A model generated the notes under the pieces. That model did no database searches and had not been told where the DNA came from. It saw only the letters and a list, made by a program, of their open reading frames with translations. This document shows, piece after piece, positions 28,301 to 44,946 of a DNA stretch of 64,000 nucleotides; positions within the stretch are counted from its first letter, which is position 1, and every line of letters begins with the position of its first letter. Source of the DNA: the human T2T-CHM13v2.0 reference genome, Homo sapiens; assembly GCF_009914755.1 (NCBI RefSeq), contig NC_060938.1. One strand, 5' to 3'. The position numbers and the translations under genes were made by a program.

Positions 28301-28990
28301 ATCTTTCAGTATGTGCTCTTATAGTTAATGCATGTTTCTTGTAGGCAACATACAATTGGGAAGGTTTTTTTAAATCCATTTTTACAATCTTTGCCTTTTA
28401 ACTGATATATTTAGAACATTGATGTTTAAAGTAACTAATGATTTAGTTGAATTAATACCTATCATATTTGTTAGTTTTATATTTGTTTCCCTTTTTCTTT
28501 GTTCTTAGTTTGTCTTCCGCTATTTTACTGCCTTTCATGGCTTTAATTGAGCATTTTGTATGATTCCATTTTCTCTCCCTTATTATTAGCATATCAGTTA
28601 TGCTTCTTTTTTACATTTCTCAGTGGTTGCACTAGAGTTTCCAAGATACATTTATAACTAATTAAAATCCATGTTCAAACAACATTATACCACTTCACAG
28701 GTAGTGTGTGAGTACCTTAAAATAATAAAATAATCATAATTCTTCCCTCCTTGTCACTTTTATCATTGCTATCATTCACTAATATATAAGCATATATAAG
28801 TGCTTATATATAAGCACTCATAAAATAACATAATAGTAGCATCAATATATTTTATTACATAATCACATGTGTAATAAAATGTATATATGTAATATATATG
28901 AAATTTTTATATATATTATATATAAAAGCATATGTAATGAAATACATTGTTGCTACTATTTTGAGCACACTTCTATTTGTATATCAATTA
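25380..28990 (-). mobile_element. Old L1M ORF2 5' region, host of the nested L1PB
   Basis: Degenerate endonuclease translation at 28379-28143 (DGYYIMIKGS...TILNV). Sequence on both sides of the L1PB insert is collinear L1. Confidence 0.75.
25542..27748 (-). mobile_element. 5'-truncated L1PB (L1PB1-like) nested in an older L1, 16-bp TSD
   Basis: ORF2 C-terminal pieces ([12 protein letters not shown]; [15 protein letters not shown]). Perfect TSD TAAGGTGATTAATTTT at 25526-25541 and 27749-27764. Internal (TA)n at ~25900-25965. Confidence 0.93.
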
Positions 28991-31900
28991 AGAATAAGAA
29001 AAATATTTTTTCTTTGTGACCCCAGGTGTCATGGATAAAAGATCTATGGATATAATTTTCAAGTCAGTGCAAGGGTATTTTTTCTAACACCGAAGTGATA
29101 TTAGAGTGGACTGAATTCTCTTGGGAAGTATTTAACTCCTAATTCTGGAGCTATTCCAGTGCTTGATAAACCACTCAGTGAAGATACTCTTAAATGAGTT
29201 CTTAGTATTTTTGTGTTAAACAGAAAATTTTCCAGTGTTAGGATAATTGGCAAGGATGGAAAGACTCAAAATTGCACTAATTGTATTATTCATAAAGAAT
29301 AATGGAGTCACCACCAAAGAATAACACAGTGTCTGAAAGGCATCCACGGATATCACTGTCTTCATTTGTTGAGTCTTCATCATCAGGTGACTGTTTTAAT
29401 AGAGCTATTTACTTCCTTGAATGCACTCTCAGTTATTCACTCAGATATGTTATCATAAGTTCAGATAAATAAAATATTTTCAGAATCATCTTGAAATTTC
29501 ACTATACCTATTATTTGCAACAAATGTTATTCCAGTTTCCATTTGACTCTTAGTTTAATGTTCTGTGTAACAGCCATTGCTGTTAATATACGTATTTGGG
29601 GCAAAAAATACAATATCCTTTGTGATATCCCTTGGATTGTAATATCTGACCTTTGACCCCACATGTTTTAATTATGCAACTAATTATCATGTAATAAAGG
29701 AAATACAACTTCAAGATGGTAGCTTTGTATTTTATATTTAAAATCTTAGAAAGTTTTATTATTGATAAATAAAAGGATTCAAAATAATCCTGAAGTATAA
29801 TGATGTTAAACATATAGTTTAGAACTAGATTAACAAAATAATACCATTTGCATAGGTAGGGTGTCTGATATGCTTCTAAATTAATTTGATTTGTATATTC
29901 TTGAAAACTCCCACAAGTTATTTGCATGTACTAAATAGATGTTGCTTTTTATTCTGAAAGAATGAGAATGAAGATAAAACATAGGTTCATACATTGGTCA
30001 ACATGCAGAAAAACCAATATTGATTATTTTTACAGTTCATTACATCATTAATATATTGGGATTTCCCTTTTACCACAGACAATAATATATTTCACTATGC
30101 ATGTTTATTGAAATACGTTTTAAATAGATATGCATAACAAAGTATATATTAGTTCAAGCAGATGTTTAGGGTCATAACCGTCAAGAAATTTGAGCTGCCC
30201 AGGCGTGTGGCAAAATCAGAGTTACTAATGATTGTTTTATTGTTTCTGCATTTCAGTCATAGAGTCTGGCAGATTGCAAGTGTACTGTTATTCTGTAGGA
30301 GGTATAAAATGTTCATGATGTTATCTTGGGCGAGGCCTCCAGCCTGGAAGATCAGCATAACTCTGAGTTGCTAATCTGGCCAGTTCAGTCTTTGTTTTTA
30401 TAGAGAAAATCAAAGATATATCAATTGATGCTAGTTGCAAATTACAGAAATGTTGTGATTAGTATTTTTGAAAGTCTTATATTAACAACACTTCATTAGT
30501 TGAAAATTCTTCTCCTAGGCTCCAGTTACTATCTTCCCAGCTTAAATCCAGAAAACAACAGCAACGTCTTTGCCAGCTACCTCACATTTGGAGAATTGAA
30601 CACTGTAGCTCAGCTTGAGGAAAGATGATAGCATTGGAACTGATTTCACTTTCTGAGCCTTTTGTTGAGGGTATTTACTAATAATACTTCTGAACTGTAA
30701 AATCTGTGGGTTAGCATCCCCCTCTGATGCAAGAAACCTGGAATTTACTGGCTAGCTAGCAAATGCAAAATTAGACAATTTTGCTGGGAGCTAAATATAC
30801 ATGGTTAAGTGTGTTTGACTATTATATGGCTGCAGAAAGTTCCACATGCCAATTTATTTGCTTATGGTGTTTTGGAAAATGGAATCCTTTAGAGAAAGAG
30901 AAAGAGAACACACCAACTTTCAACTCCATTGATTTTAATTAAGCTAACTGTAGATTGGCAAGCACTGCAAAATTCACAAACCTGATGAGACAAAAGAGAT
31001 TACACAATAGGTACAGGAACTAATGGCTTGTCCTTAATTATCTGAAACTGACAAGACAATGACCTGTCAAATTAACGGAAATTATCTTCCATAAAGCCTT
31101 GGTGGAATGGCAGCGTAATATTGAACTTTAGAAGAAAAAGAAGCTTGGACCAAAAAGAAGTTCCTTGCCCTTAAAAATGAGCACACCATAATAGACACAG
31201 ACATGGGAAGATGCTCATGATGTATTAAGTAGAAAAAAAAATAGAAAATAATATAGTCAGCCTGTTCCCATTTTGGTAAAATTGAAATACACCAAACCAC
31301 TTTCACCTGTTCTGCCAACATAGGATGTGTACCTGGTCACTCCTGTTTTGTTTTATTGTATATATATATATATATTTTTTTTCAATTAATCATTGGAAAA
31401 CCCCATTTTCTCTTTTGGGAAAAAAATCTAATACTGTCTCTAGGTCCTTCTGCCAAACCCAGTGAGACAGATTCCAGATGCCAATGCCATTGCTTATCAA
31501 TATCACATGGTATCACTGTCAGATGCACATCATGAAAAACTTCATGCCTGTCTGCTGCTACTGGGATACCCTTGCTGGTAGAAGCCTGTGCCAGAGTGGT
31601 GCTCATGAGATATCAAGGATATAGCCCATTTTACATCATACTCCCATGTTCCATCCTTATTCCACTAAACAATCACGGAGCTAGTAAGGCTGTGTTTGGA
31701 TGAGTTACTGCAAGCTAATTTTAGTAGGCCAAATAATGCATACAGTAAACTAGAGAATATTTGCTCGAAAATATTATGGTGCCTTGTCCTTATTTTAGAC
31801 TCACCTCGTAAGTAGTAACTAAAACAATAAATGAATGAATGAACGAGTAAATGAATGAATGCAAGCTGTCTGGACCAGCTTGGTAATAAATATCCTGAAG

Positions 31901-33102
31901 TTCATCTTTCCATTTTTAAAAAGTCACTCAACTTATGTTTGATAAATATAAACAAACTTTTTTATGTCATCATTTTAAATGCTTTAGGAAATGCTTTCAT
32001 TTCCTTTCGTTTTGTCCGATGTTCATATCTTTCATGCTTTGCTTATCTTTTGGAAGTGTCTGTCCAACTAGAGCTCTTCCAAAAAGATATTTGGCAAGGA
32101 CATCTTCTGCTCCCAGGTATAAAAGTGAGTCAAACACCATTATTATTTTTATCCTTCAGGAAAAACCTTCTGTGAAAATCCTGATTGCATTTCCTTTTAT
32201 AAGATTCTGTCTCATATTTATTAACTGAAAGATTTGGGTCAAATCAGCCACATGTACTCTCTGTAGTTTATCAGCAGAAGGATTCTTTGAAAGATTAAAT
32301 TGCACAGGGCTGACTTCTAAAGTGCAGTGAAAAAAATAAAAAAGCCACTTGGTAAAAATGCTAAAACTGTTATTTTCTTGGGAAATGTAGAATTTTAGCA
32401 AATTAACATGTTACATTTAAACCCATTTGTACTTGAGACTGGATTGTTTATAGATGCTTGAAAGAACCATTATTTGTGTGTACAGATAAGCAAATTGAAA
32501 AACATAATTACTCATAACTGTGTTTTATGTTTTCCAGAATCTTAAAGAAGTCAAAAATATCAGTGAAATCAAGCATGGAGAAATATTGCATTATTAATAG
32601 TATACTGAAAAGTAAATAAGATTTTTGAATTTCTTTATAAATCATTTTTAGTTATCATAATCCTTCAAGCATCAATTCACTGTGTTTTAAAATGCACAAT
32701 TTATTATCTCTGTATGTGATTTTTCACATCTTTCATTTTTTTCTCTATATTTATGTTTGAGGAAGAACGTGGAATATAGAATGCAGACATGATGTCTCTG
32801 AAATACATGTCTCCTCTCCCAGAGACATAGTCACATTTTATAGTTAAATTTTGGTTTGAAGTTCTAATTTCTCTTCCATTAACCTTTCTGATTCCAAATG
32901 CTACCAGTCTCTGTGGCCAAGAGAATAATACACCATCTTTCTCCATCCCCAACAACAGAAAGCTCAGTTTCATCTTCCATTTTCCCCAGCTTTTCCACCT
33001 CATACCACTCAGAAAGTCCTGGATTTTATTTTCTTTTGAGTTTCTTGAATAGGTTTACCCTTTCTCCATTTCTGATTCCTGAGTCCTTTCATTAGTCTCT
33101 TA

Positions 33103-36655
<3,553 letters not shown>

Positions 36656-36689
36656 TTAGTCTCTTAACACTCATACCATCTCCCTTACC

Positions 36690-37350
36690 CCCCGTACTCC
36701 AAGCATAGATACTATTATCCAACTTTTAAGTATGAAAAAACTGAAGGCTGCTTAGGGCTTAAAGGTTTAAATTAAGGCTATGATTTGGATCCAGATCTGC
36801 CTGTCTCTAAAGCATGAGCTTTTCAACATTACAATAGGCTGTCTCACTTTTCACTGATATCAGAGTAACCTTTTTTAAACCATGATGCTGAACATATTCC
36901 ATTTCCCTGCATAAGTGGATTGCAACTAGTGTAGGTTTAAGTTCAAACTTCTTACCAGGACATCAAAGTTTTTAATTACCTGACTCTCACCTGCATTTCT
37001 GGCCTGTTGTATTTTCAATCACTTTCTCAATGACTTCTTATATTGCAGGTTAATCAGGAATATATAATCAGCCTGCCTAGAACATGACTCCATGTCTTGC
37101 CTATGTTAGACTCTCAGCCTGGAAACCCTTCTACTTAAAACTTGTCTTCTTATCTCACACCCTTAGCTAGGAAAAGTTTTCTAACTTCTAGGTAGAGCTG
37201 GTTCCTCCCTCTTCCAGGCATCTTCACACCTTGTACTAGGCAATGAACTCTTCAACAAGAGGGCCCACTTGTTTTCTACTTTTTTATTCTGCAGAATCTA
37301 CTGTAGAGCCTTGCTCATACTGGGACTAAAAATACATTTAAAAAATAAAA
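36690..37350. mobile_element. MIR and L2 fragments
   Basis: gaaaaaactgaagg...gatttggatccagatctgcctgtctctaaagc (MIR-like), then an L2-like pyrimidine-rich stretch. Confidence 0.5.
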
Positions 37351-38809
37351 TTAAGCACACTTATTTTCCATAGGAATTTTTGAGTCATTGGTTCCCTGAA
37401 TAGCCCTACTCCCCTTTTCTATTTTGAAGAAGTATGTATAGTTTTCCAAAACGTTCTTGTTTGACCAATGCGATCAGTTCATTTAGTCAAAGCATTTGCA
37501 CTGTTTCTAACTTTTCTACCTTAAGAAACATACTTTTGCTCAAGCAGAGCGTTTAGTGCATGTCTCCTTTAATGGATTCCTGCTAAGAGCTAACAACTGG
37601 ATTATTGAATCTTCTCCTTCAAAACCACTCTTTGACTTATTACAAGATTATTTTTCTCAGTTACATTTGATTCTTTATAGGTACCATTTTCTGCCCCTGG
37701 CCTTGTTTAAAATTGAATTGTGATGGCTCTTCCCCTGACTTATCTTTTAAAGCTATTGTCATTTACTTCATTTTTTTTAGGCTTTTACTGGAAAATTTCT
37801 GGCCGTAACACTTTCTTATAATTTCTATTTCTATTCCAGGTTTCTGCTTAAGCACAGTGTTGCATTAATAAGGGTCAGGCGAAGTTTCAACAGCATTTAA
37901 TCTTACACTTTAAATTTTTGTTCACATTTTATGGTCTTGACACATTTACTGTAATAAAGGGAAATCATTAATTCACTAAGAAACGTGTAAAAACTATAGT
38001 TTTGCTTTTGATTAATTTCCACATTCATCATTACTTTGCTACTGATTTACCATGCATTGAAGAGACTGAGGGTGCAAAACATGATTTTTTTTCTTTGTTT
38101 AAAAAGAACTGTCTTAGAAACCAAATGAGGCTAAAAATGTACCTGTGTTTTGGCTGTCAAAGGGGAGAAGATTACTTCTTCTTGAACGTGTTTTCTGTCT
38201 CATCCTCATGTTTCCTTTATTTATACCAAATACACCATACCATTCTCTACTTTTTTTTCTTGAAGTAAAAGAAAGCTATAGCCATAGCCACTGTCATATT
38301 AACTCTGAAAATAGGTATTTTCCTTTATGAAGAGGAAAGAAATCTTAATTTACCTTTGGCTTATGGAAGAAAATCATCTAAAATTTTATAATGCCAGCTA
38401 CATCTTGAACATTTTTGAATACTGTTGTTATGAAACAAAATCATACTTGAGCCTAGAGGTCAAATATCTCACCAATATTGGCAGCAGGCAATTGAATAAC
38501 GATTTTTTGTTTTTGTTTTGCACTTGTATAATTGATACTAAAGTGGTAGTGACTACTAAAATCAATGAAAAGGAATCTATAGTTTTTACACTATAACTAG
38601 GCCAAGTTGGGAAGGTATCAAAATTATAGTTATAAAATGAGACTGAAAGTTTAAAACAGATCACTACCTATGACGCACACAATTGCAAGCCCTTTTTCAT
38701 AGATCAGTCAATGAAGTCTTTGCAAAAACCCAAAGAGGGTTATTTTGGATTTTAGGGGAGGAGAAAACTGAGACTCATAAAGTTAAATAAACTCTCCTCC
38801 TTTATTGTA

Positions 38810-39770
38810 TTGTTTTGTTAAATATAGGTTTTTATTCTTATTTTTAACAACACAAATATTTGTAGAAAAATTTAGAGAATGCAGAATAAGCAAGAGAAAA
38901 ATAAACACAATGTATTGCTATCCCCCCAGTTTTCTTAACTGTGTATTACACATTTTTGTGTAACCTGCTTTTTTGCCTTAAAATGTCATGATCTTTTCCA
39001 ACCATAAGTATGTTATTTTTCATATGTCAGTTTTAATGGCTATAATATTCTCCTCAGTGTTTTTGAGGGTCTTTGAGAGCACTCAGTAAGTAGCACCTGT
39101 CTTTTCTACCCAATTCAATTGAAAAATAGACAGCAAGTGGAGAACCAGAATATCACCCTATTCCTAATTAAGGCACAATTGGCAGGCACAGCTTACAATG
39201 AGAGTAACAATTGGCTTGCTCACTGCATCCCTTGGAAGTTTGTTGAGCTGTGAGAAGAACCCACTTCAGGGAAAGCTTAAAGCCAGGGAGCAGGAAATCC
39301 CTGCACTGCACTGGCCATGGCTAGAGGAAAGAAGAAAAGAAGCAACTTCTCCAAGCAGAGAAACTTTGATCATGTCTACCCAATACCTGTAACACACCAA
39401 CCACTGTAAAGCTGGTGGTCCTCTGCTCTGGGGATGAGGAAGTGGTGGAAAAGGAAGCCAGGCAGACTGCGGAGGATGCCACAAAACAAAGGTGAGGAAG
39501 GAGGCATTCCCCTGTGATATATGAAGTTCCTATTACTCATTTAATCAATCCCCTATTGTTGTACACTTAGGTTATTTCAAAACAACAATGAAATTAAATG
39601 CATTTGTAATTAATTATTGTGTACATTATAGAAATTTTCTTTAAATGAAACTATAAGTAAAATTTCTGGGACAATGTTTTTAACATGTTTAAAGCTTTTG
39701 ATGCAATTTACCACATTTTACTCAGGAAAATTTTGTCAATTTACATTACCACTCAGTAATGTATAACCTC
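38810..39770 (-). mobile_element. Old L1ME 3' fragments flanking an unidentified insert (~39060-39530)
   Basis: tttaatggctataatattc...atttaatcaatcccctattgttgtacacttaggtt are L1ME-like motifs. Confidence 0.5.
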
Positions 39771-40069
39771 ATTTATTTTTAATAAGTGTATTTGAACCCA
39801 GTAAAGTTGGCTCTGGAGCCCAAATTATTAATCTTAACAAAATCCTGCTAGTTACTAAATTAAAAAAAAACTGTAAAATTCATGAAATTTCTCTGACTCC
39901 ATAAACTTTCAATGGATAATTTCTATATCTGTCCTTACTGCCTGGGAGTGGAGAATTATAATGGTCATGAAAGTGGCCTTTGGCCTTGAACTCCTCCTGG
40001 CTTTGAATTCTGAATTTGCCCTTAACTAGAGCTGTGGCAAGTTATCATAGATGTTCAAGCAACTCTGCT

Positions 40070-40400
40070 CCTCACAGTGCTAATAAAGACAAGCGCAAGA
40101 CTGGGTGATTCATAAAGAAAGAGGTTTAATTAACTAACTGTTTGGCATGACTGGGGAGGCCTCAGGAAACTTACAGTCATGGCAGAAGGTGAAGTAAGCA
40201 CATCCTTATTCACATGGCAGCGGCAAGGAGAAGTGCCGAGCAAAAGGGGAAAAAGCACCACTCACTAACAGGAGAACAAGACATGGGAAACCTCCCCCCA
40301 ATTCAATTATCTCCCACTGGGTTCCTCCCATGACATGTGTGGATTATGGGAAGTACAATTCAACATGAGATTTGGGTGGGGACACAGCCAACTCATACCA
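40070..40400 (-). mobile_element. THE1/MST MaLR LTR with its 3' terminus clipped
   Basis: gctaataaagac...ggggaggcctcaggaaacttacagtcatggcagaaggtgaag...gagatttgggtggggacacagcca. Confidence 0.9.
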
Positions 40401-40401
40401 T

Positions 40402-40998
40402 CATCCACCACATCAAACCCACTAAGTGAGCTACATTTTTGCTGCGTGGGATGAAAATGTCCACACAGCACAGAGAAGAATATGTGCTTCATAGAGTAAT
40501 GATAGTCAGCTTAACAAAAGATGCTTCCGTGAGAGGCTGATGGTCAGCCCTGAGATCAGTAACCAGAAGCCGTGGCTTCCAGAAGGCTGCCTGGATCTGG
40601 TTAGTGAGGATTTCAGTAGTGAAGTGACCAGCAATAGGAGTACCTCCAGTGGCAGAAGCGAACTTCAGCACAGCCCACTGGCCAGGATTCCTGGATGACC
40701 TGACATTGACATCAGCAGAGTTTTCAAGGGCAACAATGGCATAAGCTGTCAGCAGAAGCTTCTCCCAGGTCCTCTTCAGATTTAGGATGTAGATGTCATC
40801 AGTTTTCCTTTTATAGATGTACTGTTCCATTTGGAAGGGTTGGTGCCACCTAGCAGGTTCCAGCTACTAGGAACTAGAGGGCATCCTCCTCCTTCATTTG
40901 CAGGACATCAAGGACTCTCGACATTGTGAAAGTTTCCATTTAAGTTACCATGGGAACCCAGAGCAACACATGTGGACTCCTGTCTGGATAGTGCAGAA
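40402..40998 (-). pseudogene. RPSA: Processed pseudogene of ribosomal protein SA (uS2 / 37-67 kDa laminin receptor): 5'UTR plus about codons 1-177
   Basis: Intronless. The ORF track gives [27 protein letters not shown]...[18 protein letters not shown]...[28 protein letters not shown], a close match to RPSA. ATG at 40924, several indels, ends at ...VGLMWWM. Confidence 0.96.
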
Positions 40999-42029
40999 AC
41001 CTAAACCTGCTTTATTATATCCACCCACATTTTCAAATTTCCAGCATTTTTATCTGACCTTTAAAGATAGTAAAGAAGTCAGAGTATTTTTAAGTATATA
41101 AAAGTAAATAATTACCTCATTAATCAGACAAGACTTTACTATAAAACCAAATACTTCTGAGTTAACAATATTGAATATTAACATGGTAAAAAGGCATCAG
41201 GATGAGTTCTTTTATGGAGAGGTCCTAAAAATATATAATATTGAAGTGTGTGTGTGACACCGGTAAGTTATATTGCACTCAGAAGTGCTGGGAATTCTTT
41301 GAGAGATTGGTTTATATTTGAGAACCTGCATGAGTCTAAGATAGCTCTCATCTTCTTCTAGAAAAGAACAAATGTGAAATAAGACCCCTATTATTCCTTT
41401 AGGTCTTACTGAGATTTCTTCTTTTGCAAGAGGATGTGAGTTTTCTGTAATAACACCATACTTCGCATTGGATTACTAGGTAGTTATGGACTAATCTAGG
41501 GCTGAGGGAGAGATTTTTATGACACACTTTATAATAGACTTTCAGCGTTTTTCAGAAAGAAAATCCCACTGAGGATACAAAGTTTATATTTTTCTTTGAC
41601 TGTAACACATCACAATAAAGATGATACTCTGCTGATATTTGAGATTCATGTTATCTGCAGGAAAACTTAAAGTGTTTTGTTCTATGTGACAGTGACACTA
41701 TGTCTAAGAATGCTAAGGCAGAGAAAAATGGAGATTTAGGTAATATTTATATAGATAAGAAAGAAAGTTTAGGCTCATAGTCCAGAAAGTAAACTGCTAA
41801 TTCTTGCCTAGTATTTTTTTTAAAATTTTTTTAATTCCTTGAGTCTCCTCAGTTTTGCATGATTTTGACACTGTTTGCAAGACAATTCTACATTATCTCT
41901 CCTTGTCTTTTGGTTTGAATTAAAAGTAATTTAGGATAATTTCAGTTTACCTAAAATTAATGAATCTAATTCTTTACCTGGTAAAAAAAAAATGTGTTGT
42001 CTTCCATAATCTGTCCCTCTGTAATTATT

Positions 42030-42490
42030 AGTTTTACATGTTAAGGTCCAGATATTTGGTCAAACACTATTTTGAATTCTGCTGTGAAGGAATTTTTAAG
42101 ATGATATTAACATGTAAATTAGTAGCCTTTGAGTGAAGCAGATTAACCTCCATAATCTAGGTGGGCCTCATTTCATCAGGTGAAGCCCTTAATGGTGGGG
42201 GGATGGAAAGACTGACCTCTCCTAACATCTTTCTCTCCTGAGGAAGAGGGAATCTGGCAGCAGACTGCCTTAGACTTGAGCTGCAACATTCATTCTTTCC
42301 TGGGTCTCCAGCTTGCTGGTCTATCCTGCAGATTTTGGACTTCCTAGCCTCCACAATCACATAAGCCAATTTCTTAAAATAAATCTATTTCTCTCTCTCT
42401 CTGTCTCTTTCTCCATCCATTCATCCATTCATCCATCTGTCTACACATTTTTTATTGTTTATTTTTCTCTGGAGAATCTTGACAGATACA
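42030..42490 (+). mobile_element. MLT2 (ERVL) solo LTR, older subfamily
   Basis: ccagatatttggtcaaacact...gcagattttggactt...ttctctggagaatcttgacagataca. Confidence 0.85.
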
Positions 42491-42805
42491 CCATCTGTTT
42501 ATCAATCATTCTTGAAACAGAAAATTCTACCTATGTATGCACCTTGACTGGAAAGAGTTTTTGCCAAGTCTGTACTGTACCTAGTTAAGGCATATTTAGA
42601 AACATGGCCGTGGGAAAACAAAAAACAGCAAGATTAAAACATAGAGATATATTATATATCCTAATTCTACAAGGATAGTTCTGGCTTTACTTATGTGTGT
42701 ATTAAGGTTTTTCTTCTCTTCTTCCACACTATTTTCTTATAGTTGACATATGGTAATATAGTAAGAAAAAATACACATATATTTCTTCTTGCAATATATA
42801 TTCAT

Positions 42806-43226
42806 TGGGATGTTTAACACTGAGTGTCAACCTGATTGGATTGAAGGATGCAAAGTATTGATCCTGGGTGTGTCTGTAAGGGTGTTGCCAAAGAGATTAA
42901 CATTTGAGTCAGTGGGCTGGGAAAGGCAGACCCACCCTCAATGTGGGTGGGCACAATCTAATCAGCTGCCAGTGTGGCCAGAATATAAAGCAGGCAGAAA
43001 AACGTGAAAAGGCTAGACTGGCTTAGACTCCCATTCTACATCTGTCTCCCATGCTGAAAATCGGACTCCAAGTTCTTCAGCTTTGGGACTCGGACTGGTT
43101 TCCTTGCTCCTCAGCTTGTAGACAGCCTACTGTGGGACCCTGTGATCATCTGAGTTAATACTACTTAATAAACTCCCTGAGAATATATATCCTATGCTTT
43201 CGCTCTGGAGAACCCTGACTAATACA
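42806..43226 (+). mobile_element. MLT2A (HERVL) solo LTR with 5-bp TSD
   Basis: TG...ctgagtgtcaacctgattggattgaaggatgcaaagtattgatcctgggtgtgtctg...ccctgactaataCA, flanked by TTCAT on both sides (42801-42805, 43227-43231). Confidence 0.93.
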
Positions 43227-43231
43227 TTCAT

Positions 43232-44250
43232 ATATACATAGTTTTAAAAATATATAATATAATATAAATATATATTATATATATTATATAAATATATAAT
43301 ATGTTATATATATATTATATAAATATATAATATATATATTATATATGGTAATATATGTGTATATTGCAATACATACATGTATACATATGTGTGTATGTTG
43401 TATATATGTATATTGCAATATGTATATTGCAATACATACATATATACATATGTGCGTACATTGCAATTTTTATATACATATGTATATATAACGCAATTTA
43501 TATATTGTATATACACATATGTACATATTATGCTTGTATACATACATATATGTTATATGTGTATGTATTGTATACATATATGTTATATGTGTATGTATTG
43601 TATACATACATGTTATATGCGTGTGTGTTGTATACATACATGTTATATGTGTGTGTATTTTATACATACATGCATGTTATATGTGTATGTATTGTATGCA
43701 TACATACATGTTATATGTGTATGTTTTGTATGCATACATACATGTTATGTGTGTATGTATTGTATGCATACATACATGTTATATGTGTATGCATTGTATA
43801 CATACATACATGTTATATGTGTACGTATTGTATACATACATATATGTTATATGTGTACGTATTGTATACATGTTATATGTGTACGTATTGTATACATGTT
43901 ATATGTGTACGTATTGTATACATACATGTTATATGTGTACGTATTGTATACATACATATGTTATATGTGTGCGTATTCTATACATACATATGTTATATGT
44001 GTGCATATTCTATACATACATATGTTGTATGTGTGCGTATTCTATAATACATATGTTGTATGTGTGCGTATTCTATACATACATGTTGTATGTGTACGTA
44101 TTCTATACATACATATGTTGTATGTGTACGTATTCTATACATACATATGTTGTATGTGTACGTATTCTATACATACATATGTTGTATGTGTACGTATTCT
44201 ATACATACATGTGTATGTATTGTATACGTACACATACGTGCATGTATTGC
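43232..44250. repeat. (TA)n-derived minisatellite, ~26-34-bp units such as TATACATACATGTTATATGTGTACGTATTG
   Basis: Directly visible tandem units. They produce the artefactual Y/V/I/C/M-rich ORFs in the track. Confidence 0.95.
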
Positions 44251-44591
44251 AATCATATGAAAGCACACACTGTTTCAGTCTCATAAAGGCAAATGCTAGC
44301 AAGAAATTAATTTCACTGTTAAATTTCCAATTATTTTCTAGATCCTGTAGCTCAGGAGCAGCAAAGGATTACAAAGAAACAAAATGCTATGTGGGGGAGA
44401 GAGTATGAGGATATAAGAGAGCTAGCCTAACAAAAGATGTTTTCTCCTGGCCCATGAGAATAGCAACTGAGAAATATCTCAGAAATATCTGAGAGCCTGG
44501 AGGTCATCCCTCACAGCACATGAGAAGAGGAAGGGGATGCGGGTTTGCTGTTTTAACATTTGTAGGGCAAATTAGATGTACAAGACTCATT

Positions 44592-44946
44592 CTTTTATTA
44601 TTATTATTATTGTTCTTTAAGTTCTAGGGTACATGTGCACAACGTGCAGGTTTGTTACATACGTATACATGTGCCATGTTGGTGTGCTGCACCCATTAAC
44701 TCGTCATTTACATTAGGTATACCTCCTAATGCTATCCCTCCCCCCTCACCCCACCCCATGACAGGCCCTGGTGTGTGATGTTCCCCTTCCTCTGTCCATG
44801 TGTTCTCATTGTTCAATTCCCACCTGTGAGTGAGAACATGCAGTGACTGGTTTTTTTGTCCTTGTGATAGTTTGCTGAGAATGATGGTTTCCAGCTTCAT
44901 CCATGTCCCTACAAAGGACATGAACTCATCCTTTTTTATGGCTGCA
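44592..44946 (-). mobile_element. Short L1PA (about PA4-like) 3' end, no TSD visible
   Basis: L1 3'UTR plus the last ORF2 codons (MSFVGTWMKLETIILSKLSQ). Homology stops abruptly at ...ttatggctgca|agcgagg. Confidence 0.95.

Noticed and set aside
40489-40830. Functional RPSA gene
   Set aside because: Intronless, frameshifted, many substitutions at conserved residues, and the 3' half is absent.
43284-44408. ORFs of 230-343 aa rich in Y/V/I/C/M
   Set aside because: Translations of the TA/TG minisatellite. They are open in several frames because of the repeat's composition.
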